A stretch of DNA of 64,000 bases from contig OZ024742.1 in assembly GCA_964016885.1 (NCBI GenBank), positions 346,270,001 through 346,334,000 of the forward strand. The letters are read 5' to 3'. The notes under the pieces are model-generated. The model was not told where the DNA came from, made no database searches, and saw only the letters and a list, made by a program, of their open reading frames with translations. Source of the stretch: Eledone cirrhosa (Eukaryota). The translations under genes were made by a program, and so were the position numbers. This document shows positions 55,645 through 64,000 of the stretch, piece by piece; within the stretch, counting starts at the first letter, position 1, and every line of letters starts with the position of its first letter.

Positions 55645-55869
55645 AACTTCGTCAAGGCCAATTGTGCTTTTACTTGTTGAGAGATCGATAAAATCAGTAA
55701 TCAGTATTGATAGTGATGTAATCTACTCGACCCTACATGCTATAAAGTGTGACAATCCATTCAGGTAAGAAACACAGAATTACCATTGTCGCCTTTAGCG
55801 ATGTTCCTTTACCATATAAACTGATCGTCTGTCGATATTAATGCAATATTTCTCTTCCTGCGATTATAC

Positions 55870-55929
55870 CTTATATATGTATGTATGTGTGTTTGTATGT
55901 ATATATCTATATAAATGTATGTATATATA

Positions 55930-56016
<87 letters not shown>

Positions 56017-56037
56017 TTATATAGATATATACATACA

Positions 56038-56078
<41 letters not shown>

Positions 56079-56133
56079 ATATATATATATGCATATAGAT
56101 GTATCTATGTATATATATGTATGTATATATATC

Positions 56134-56178
<45 letters not shown>

Positions 56179-56269
56179 AAATAAATATATATATATATAT
56201 ATATATATACATAGATATAGATATATATACATATATGTATGTAGATATTTATATATATATATATATACA

Positions 56270-56345
<76 letters not shown>

Positions 56346-56418
56346 TATATATTTATATATATACATATACATTCATATATATATACATATATATACATTC
56401 ATATATATGTACATATAC

Positions 56419-56449
<31 letters not shown>

Positions 56450-56470
56450 ATATATATATGTATATATATA

Positions 56471-56532
<62 letters not shown>
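55870..56532. repeat. (TA)n-rich microsatellite field
   Basis: Seen directly. Confidence 0.95.
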
Positions 56533-56533
<1 letters not shown>

Positions 56534-57689
56534 CTCAGCTAAGTAGTGAAGCTAAGTACGTATGATTGGCATTTATTGAAGCTAACAACTTCCTTGTTGT
56601 GTGAGAAGGCTTTTAATTGGTCGATAACCTTTTGTCTCTTGCAAGTTCTTACTTAAGGAATTGTTCTCTGAGCATGTCGTGAGAAAACGAACGTAAATGG
56701 GTAAATATAAGCACCCACATTTTAATACTATTAAAGGTTTAGTGCACTTAATTTTCTAGAAGTTATCTGTAGATCCACTCAAAGCCAGTTACTTCCCAAT
56801 TATTTTCGGTTTCTTATTGCTATTGCCATTCCAATTTCGTTGACGAATTTCCTTTCGGAGATATTCCAATAACAGTTTTATTGAGTTTTTATTCAATAAA
56901 TATTGGCTCATTAAATTGTCCTAAATTCTTTAGCATTTTCCTTTCTACTAGCTTTACTCTATATTTATATCCGATATTTTATAGTTTACTTAGAGGCTTT
57001 GGCAGATTCCCCTTTAGCTATAAATTATCCGGATTTATTTAACGATTCATAATCGTTCCAAAGCCTTTTTTTATTATTTTTTCTAGCCTATTGTTAAACA
57101 CTTACTTTCCTTCTTTAATATATAAATCTGAATTGACTTTAGTACCCTTACCCTGCGGCTCTGACGACGACCACTTTTCCTGTTTTACTAACAGAATAGG
57201 TACGTTACACCTTCAATGTAATTTTCAGGGGGATTCAGTGTGGCCCTTTGAATCACAGATACCACTTATTTGTCAGGTTGACTGGACTGGAGCAGCTTGG
57301 AATAAAGTATTTTACTTAATGAGACAAGGTAACGCCTCAAATCAAATTCACAATTGTGATGAGAACCCTTTAACCACTAGCCCACATAGCTTTGGTATCA
57401 ATATGTAATTCTTCAGGGATTACATTGAAAATATTTTCTAGAATGAATATGTCTTCAGTGGATTTCATCGGTTTAAGATTACTTGTTTTTTTTTCTTTTT
57501 TTATTGTTTTACCAATTCCAATCATTAGATAGTGGCCATGCTGGGGCACCGCCTTGATATAGTTGATTATATCAACTCCAGTACTTTTCTTTTTCAAGTC
57601 TTATTTTATCGATGTCGTTTTTATAAAAACGCTAATTTACGGGACATAAACACAGACAAACGTAAACATAGGCCCGAAACGTAGCGACT

Positions 57690-60600
57690 CTTTAGCTAGA
57701 TTCTATCATCACTTGCCTTGAATGAATGTCGAAGAAGGGTAGCCGAAGAGAGTGGGTGCGAGAACACATCCTTGTTTTACTCCACTCTTATCTTTGAATT
57801 ACTCAAGTGTGCTCCTGTCGAACCATATACAGGCTTGCATATCATCATGGAAACAAGCGATCAACCGATGAAAAGCCAATGTTTTTAAAAACGTTCTAAA
57901 ATGTAAGTCTTCTGACTGTATCAAAAGCTTTCGTTAAGTCAACAAATGTTAGGGGCTTCTTCTGCTCTCTATATTTTTCTTGTAGCTGTTGCAACGTAAA
58001 AATCATAACCATGGTTGAACGTCTTGCTCTAAAAGCAGAATGTCATTCTGGTAAAATCCGTTCTCCTATTCTATGGAGGAACATCCGAGTGATCTTCTTG
58101 AAAACTTTCCTGTTTATACTGAGATATCCCTCCGTGAGTGTTGCAGTTTCCTCTGTCAGTCTTGTCTTTATACAAGGTCACCATTTTAGTGTTACGCATC
58201 CTATATGGAATGTCTTGGTTTCTCCAACATTGGAGTAAACGATGCAAATGTGGAAGGAGACGTCTTTATTTTCTTTTAAGATTTCTGATAGTATTTTATC
58301 CTCTTCCATTGCTTTAATGTTTGGCAGAACGTTAATTCCTTCTACAAATTCTTATTTCGTAGGCACTTCATCTAATAGGGTAAGCTTCTTAGGAACTTCA
58401 TCTAATAGGGTAGGCTTCTTAGGAACTTCATCTAATAGGGTAAGCTTCGTAGGAACTTCATCTAAGAGGGTAGGCTTCGTAGGAACTTCATCTAATAGGG
58501 TAGGCTTCTTAGGAACTTCATCTAATAGGGTAGGCTTCTTAGGAACTTCATCTAATAGGGTAAGCTTCGTAGGAACTTCATCTAATAGGGTAGGCTTCTT
58601 AGGAACTTCATCTAACAGGGTAAGCTTCTTAGGAACTTCATCTAATATGGTAAGCTTCGTAGGAACTTCATCTAATAGGGTAAGCTTCTTAGGAACTTCA
58701 TCTAATAGGGTAAGCTTCTTAGGAACTTCATCTAATAGGGTAGACTTCGTAGGAACTTCATCTAATAGGGTAGGCTTCTTAGGAACTTCATTTAATAGGG
58801 TAAGCTTCGTAGGAACTTCATCTAAGAGGGTAGGCTTCGTAGGAACTTCATCTAATAGGGTAAGCTTCGTAGGAACTTCATCTAACAGGGTAAGCTTCTT
58901 AGGAACTTCATCTAAGAGGGTAGGCTTCGTAGGAACTTCATCTAATAGGGTAATCTTCGTAGGAACTTCATCTAACAGGGTAAGCTTCTTAGGAACTTCA
59001 TCTAATAGGGTAGACTTCGTAGGAACTTCATCTAATAGGGTAGGCTTCTAAGGAACTTCATCTAATAGGGTAAGCTTCGTAGGAACTTCATCTAAGAGGG
59101 TAGGCTTCGTAGGAACTTCATCTAATAGGGTAAGCTTCGTAGGAACTTCATCTAACAGGGTAAGCTTCTTAGGAACTTCATCTAAGAGGGTAGGCTTCGT
59201 AGGAACTTCATCTAATAGGGTAAGCTTCGTAGGAACTTCATCTAACAGGGTAAGCTTCGTAGGAACTTCATCTAACAGGGTAAGCTTCTTAGGAACTTCA
59301 TCTAAGAAGGTAGGCTTCGTAGGAACTTCATCTAATAGGGTAAGCTTCGTAGAAACTTCATCTAATATGGTAGGCTTCGTAGGAACTTCATCTAATAGGG
59401 TAAGCTTCGTAGGAACTTCATCTAATAGGGTAAGCTTCGTAGGAACTTCATCTAATAGGGTAAGCTTCGTAGGAACTTCATCTAATAAAGTGAACGATCA
59501 ATGCAGGGTTTGGTCCATATCAGAGTTTACTAGAATATCAGCAACGTATAATTCCGTGTAGTGTTGTATCCATCTCTGTAATTGTTCTTTATTGTCCTCA
59601 GTTTGGCTACCTTTGTGGCACTCGGGCCAAACGCTGTCTCCATGAGACTCTACATTTTTTTAGTGTTACCAAAACCTGAAGCAGCTTGGATTAATCCAGT
59701 ACTCCTTTGCACACCTCTTTGATTCACATTGAAAAATTTGTTTTGGGTTTACTGAGAATGATTTCAGTTCGCTGAGTTGGATTATTTTTTAAGCTAATAA
59801 CGCCTTCTTCTTTTCGAAAAGGCATTAGGGTGTCAGCATTTTCCCTGACTCTGTGATTTTGTGTTACCTTATTTTAACCATAGCTTAACCACCTCATAGA
59901 TCGCTCCTTTTAAGTCTCACCGAGTGAATGCTGAATATCAAAAGCTCCCTTTCTGACTATTTCTGCACTAAAAGCAGCTTTCTTTGTCTCGTTCATGCAT
60001 TTAACTTATCCCTTGCTGCTGGTCTTGAGGAATGGATACGCTTCAGTTTGATGTTAACCATGTAAACTATTAGAGTTAACATGGTCAACACACAGTTACA
60101 TACATTGTATGTATCACAGTCAGCACTGTGGGAGGCTCTTCTCATTTTTACACAGTTAATGTCCTTTCTGCCCTTCAAAATGGATTCAATTTGATTTCAG
60201 TGTCCGGATCGTGAATGATATCATAAGACCTTGTGTTTATCTTTCAAAGCTAAGAAGTTGTTTGTGATTGAAAGATATCCTCCCAATCTCGTGATGTCCA
60301 AGACTAAATGACCAGAAGTGAAGATCATTTTCTACCTGCGTATTAAAATTACCTATAATGTAAAGAGGTTCCTCTAGTCATGACACGAACCACCTGGGCT
60401 ATATAGCCGTGTATAGACTATATAACATCTGAGTGGCAATAAGTGTGCACTGGTGAGATTGACATTACCTTTGGTTATTCGGAATCAGAGTTTCATAACC
60501 CCCTCAGAAATGTCCGAGGGTGTACTGAATACTGGACGAGCTTATTGCAGATCGTGAAACCGACTCTATATAGCTGATGTTGATCAATGTTTAGGCCATT

Positions 60601-60720
60601 CTTTCCAAAAGAAGTGGATGTTTATCTCCTTGAGAGGGTCCCTGCTTCCCTTTCAAGTCTCCTGTAGAGCCACAATGTCGAGATTCACTGTTAGTAGTTA
60701 AGCGGGTGTTAGCCAACCAA
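57690..60720 (-). mobile_element. Old, decayed RTE-clade LINE interrupted by a 30-bp array
   Basis: Reverse complement encodes DIVALQET, RWIQHYTELY, LDEVPTK, FVDLTKAFD, GVKQGCVLAPTLF. Confidence 0.85.
58356..59487. repeat. 30-bp minisatellite CTTCGTAGGAACTTCATCTAATAGGGTAAG, about 38 copies
   Basis: Direct repeats. Confidence 0.97.
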
Positions 60721-60938
60721 CCAAACTAAGTACTCGTCCCCACTGTCAAAAGAAATCTGTGGCTGTGAAATTTTACATGCATTAATTTCAACTCTTCTTA
60801 TTAATAACTACATTGTTTCTTTCCAAGAACTATGTTGAAAAATAAACCTCATTTGGTCATTCCATAATAGTCTCTTGGTCAGCCTATGAACTCTTTAGCC
60901 TATGAATTTTTCAGCCTATGAACGTTTTAGCCGACTCT

Positions 60939-61014
<76 letters not shown>

Positions 61015-61528
61015 GAAAGACAGACAAGCATATATGTTTGTGTGTGTGTATATATATGTGTGTGTGTGTGTATACGTATGTATATCTGTTTTTCCGTGTG
61101 CGTGCCCGTGTATGTATGCGCGTGGGCACTTATGTGTGTGTGTGTCTGTTAATCGCTGCAGTGTTTATGTGTGTGTGTGTATGTGTGTGTGTGTGTGTCA
61201 ATCGCTGCAGTGTTATGTGTATGTTCTCCTCATAATAAAATACTGTGGAATATGCAGTAAGACGTGTGATAAGATGAAAACCCAATTTGTATAAGTTGGC
61301 ATTATAATTATCAGTTATTAAATTTCAATTCATATTTCCCATTGATATCTGATGTGTGTAGCAAACATTGAATTACTGATCGTTGTAGGAGATTTTATAT
61401 TAGATAACATAAATAAATAGATTTCCCATGCAAACATCGTCAGCATGGAACTAATTATATTGACTTAATGTTCGCTTTTAGAGTTTAAATTAATGATTTT
61501 ATCAGCATAACGCTGATATATAAAGACT

Positions 61529-61850
61529 CGTGGCTAAGTGGTTAGCGGCTTTGAACTCCCAGGTATGGAGTTATGTGATCGATCCTTAGACCAGGTCGTG
61601 CGTTTTCTTTTATTTTAGTAAAATATTGTATTTTTGGCAGCTTCTTCCAGGAGTTGCGACCGACTGAAAGTATCATCAATGGAGATATTGTTTCCTTGGC
61701 CCGATTTAATAATCGGCTCCGTTCATTTCTCTGTCATCATAATTTCATAGGTGTATTGCGTGGTCTAATAATAGGGTCATAGGTTCAATCCTCAGACTAG
61801 GCGGTGTCTTATGTTCTTAAGCAATACTACTCTTTATTAAAAGTTGTTTT
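61529..61850 (+). mobile_element. Decayed SINE family 2 copies
   Basis: TGGCTAAGTGG A-box at about 61531; GGTTCAATCC B-box at about 61782. Confidence 0.6.
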
Positions 61851-61855
61851 TCGAG

Positions 61856-64000
61856 GGTAGGACTAAGACCTATATCATTAAGACAGCAGACAGACCTTCG
61901 TGGTAGAACTAAGACCTATATCATTAAGACTGGAGAAAGACTTTCGTGGTAGGACTAAGATCTATATCATTAAGACATCAGTGAGACCTTCGTGGTAGGA
62001 CTAAAACCTATATCATTAAAACGGAAGAGAGACCTTCGTGGTATGACTACGACCTATATCATTAAGACATCAGAGAAACCTTCGTGGTAGGACTACGACC
62101 TATATCATTAAGACAGCAGAGAGACCTTCGTGGTAGGACTGTGACCTACATTATTAAAACAGCAGAGAGACCTTCGTGGTAGGACTGTGACCTATATTAT
62201 TAAGACAGCAGAGAGACATTCGTGGTAAGACTAATTCCTATATTATTAAGACAGCAGAGAGACCTTCGTGGTAGGACTACGACCTATATCATTGGAACAT
62301 CACAGAGACGTTCGTGGTAGGACTACGACGTATATCACGAAGACAGCAGAGAGACCTTCGTGGTAGTACTAAGATCTATATCATTAAGACAGCAGAGAGA
62401 CCTTCGTGTTAGGAATACGCCCTATATCATTAAGACAGCAGAGAGACCTTCGTGGTAGGACTAAGACCTATATCATTAAGACAGCAGAGAGACCTTCGTG
62501 GTAGGACTAAGACCTATATCATTAAGACAGCAGACAGACCTTCGTGGTAGAACTAAGACCTATATCATTAAGACTGGAGAAAGACTTTCGTGGTAGGACT
62601 AAGATCTATATCATTAAGACATTAGTGAGACCTTCGTGGTAGGACTAAAACCTATATCATTAAAACGGAAGAGAGACCTTCGTGGTATGACTACGACCTA
62701 TATCATTAAGACATCAGAGAAACCTTCGTGGTAGGACTACGACCTATATCATTAAGACAGCAGAGAGACCTTCGTGGTAGGACTGTGACCTACATTATTA
62801 AGACAGCAGAGAGACCTTCGTGGTAGGACTGTGACCTATATTATTAAGACAGCAGAGAGACATTCGTGGTAAGACTAATTCCTATATTATTAAGACAGCA
62901 GAGAGACCTTCGTGGTAGGACTACGACCTATATCATTGGAACATCACAGAGACGTTCGTGGTAGGACTACGACGTATATCACGAAGACAGCAGAGAGACC
63001 TTCGTGGTAGTACTAAGATCTATATCATTAAGACAGCAGAGAGACCTTCGTGTTAGGAATACGCCCTATATCATTAAGACAGCAGAGAGACCTTCGTGGT
63101 AGGACTAAGACCTATATCATTAAGACAGCAGAGAGACCTTCGTGGTAGGACTAAGACCTATATCATTAAGACAGCAGAGAGACCTTCGTGGTAGGACTAA
63201 GACCTATATCATTAAGACAGCAGAGAGACCTTCGTCGTAGGACTGCGACCTATATCATTAAGAAAGCTGAGGGACCTTCGTGGTAGGACTACGACCTATA
63301 TCATTAAGACAGCAGAGAGACCTTCGTGGTAGGACTAAGACCTATATCATTAAGACAGCAGAGAGACCTTCGTGGTAGGACTGTGACCTATATCATTAAG
63401 ACAGCAGAGAGAACTTCGTTGTAGGACTAAGACCTATATCATTAAGACAGTAGAGAGACCTTCGTGGTAGGACTACGACCTATATCATTAAGACAGCAGA
63501 GAGACCTTCGTGGTAGGACTAAGATCTATATCATTAAGACAGGAGAGAAACTTTCGTGGTAGGACTAAGACCTATATCATTAAGACAGCAGAGAGACCTT
63601 CGTGGTAGGACAACGACCTATATCATTAAGACAGCAGAGAGACCTTCGTGGTAGGACTAAGACCTATATCATTAAGACAGCAGAGAGACCTTCGTGTTAG
63701 GACTAAGACCTATATCATTAAGACATCAGAGAAACCTTCGTGGTAGGACTAAGACCTGTATCATTAAGACAGGAGAGAGACATTCGTGGTTGGACTGCGA
63801 CCTATATCATTAAGACAGCAGAGAAACCTTCGTCGTAGGACTGCGACCTATATCATTAAGACAGCAGAGAGAACTTCGTGGCAGGACTACGACCTATATC
63901 ATTAAGACAGAAGAGAGACCTTCGTGGTAGGACTAAGACCTATATCATTAAGACAGCAGAGAGACCTTCGTGGTAGGACTGTGACCTATATCATTAAGAC
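61856..64000. repeat. 46-bp satellite GGTAGGACTAAGACCTATATCATTAAGACAGCAGAGAGACCTTCGT, runs off the window end
   Basis: Direct repeats with a 644-bp (14-mer) higher-order duplication. Confidence 0.97.

Noticed and set aside
58242-59051. 269-aa repeat protein on the + strand
   Set aside because: Antisense reading of the 30-bp array inside a decayed LINE
61856-64000. CRISPR-like appearance of the 46-bp array (also the 42-bp and 30-bp arrays)
   Set aside because: Contiguous units with no unique spacers, no cas genes, eukaryotic context

Overview
AT-rich eukaryotic DNA made almost entirely of repeats. The tRNA-derived SINEs, abundant (TA)n/(TG)n tracts and RTE/CR1/Penelope elements suggest an octopus or other cephalopod genome (inference). 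No host protein-coding gene is clearly supported; there is one candidate spliced exon at 29889-30020 (-). Contents: four large tandem arrays (42, 28/16, 30 and 46 bp units); a near-intact RTE-type LINE with an 11-bp TSD; decayed RTE, CR1 and R4/Dong LINEs; three Penelope-like (PLE) ORF regions (two Naiad-like, one Neptune-like); hAT and mariner MITEs; and many SINEs. The main hidden signal is roughly 20 type-I hammerhead ribozyme (HHR) motifs from about 12 sequence families, found by hand. Many sit in non-coding, (TA)n-flanked, head-to-head inverted elements whose ribozymes always point outward. The clearest case is a 591-bp tandem/inverted retrozyme-like unit carrying a compensated U3-A8 core and a branched stem II, whose right arm starts at the predicted cleavage site. 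All structures were read by eye and none was checked by folding software or database search.
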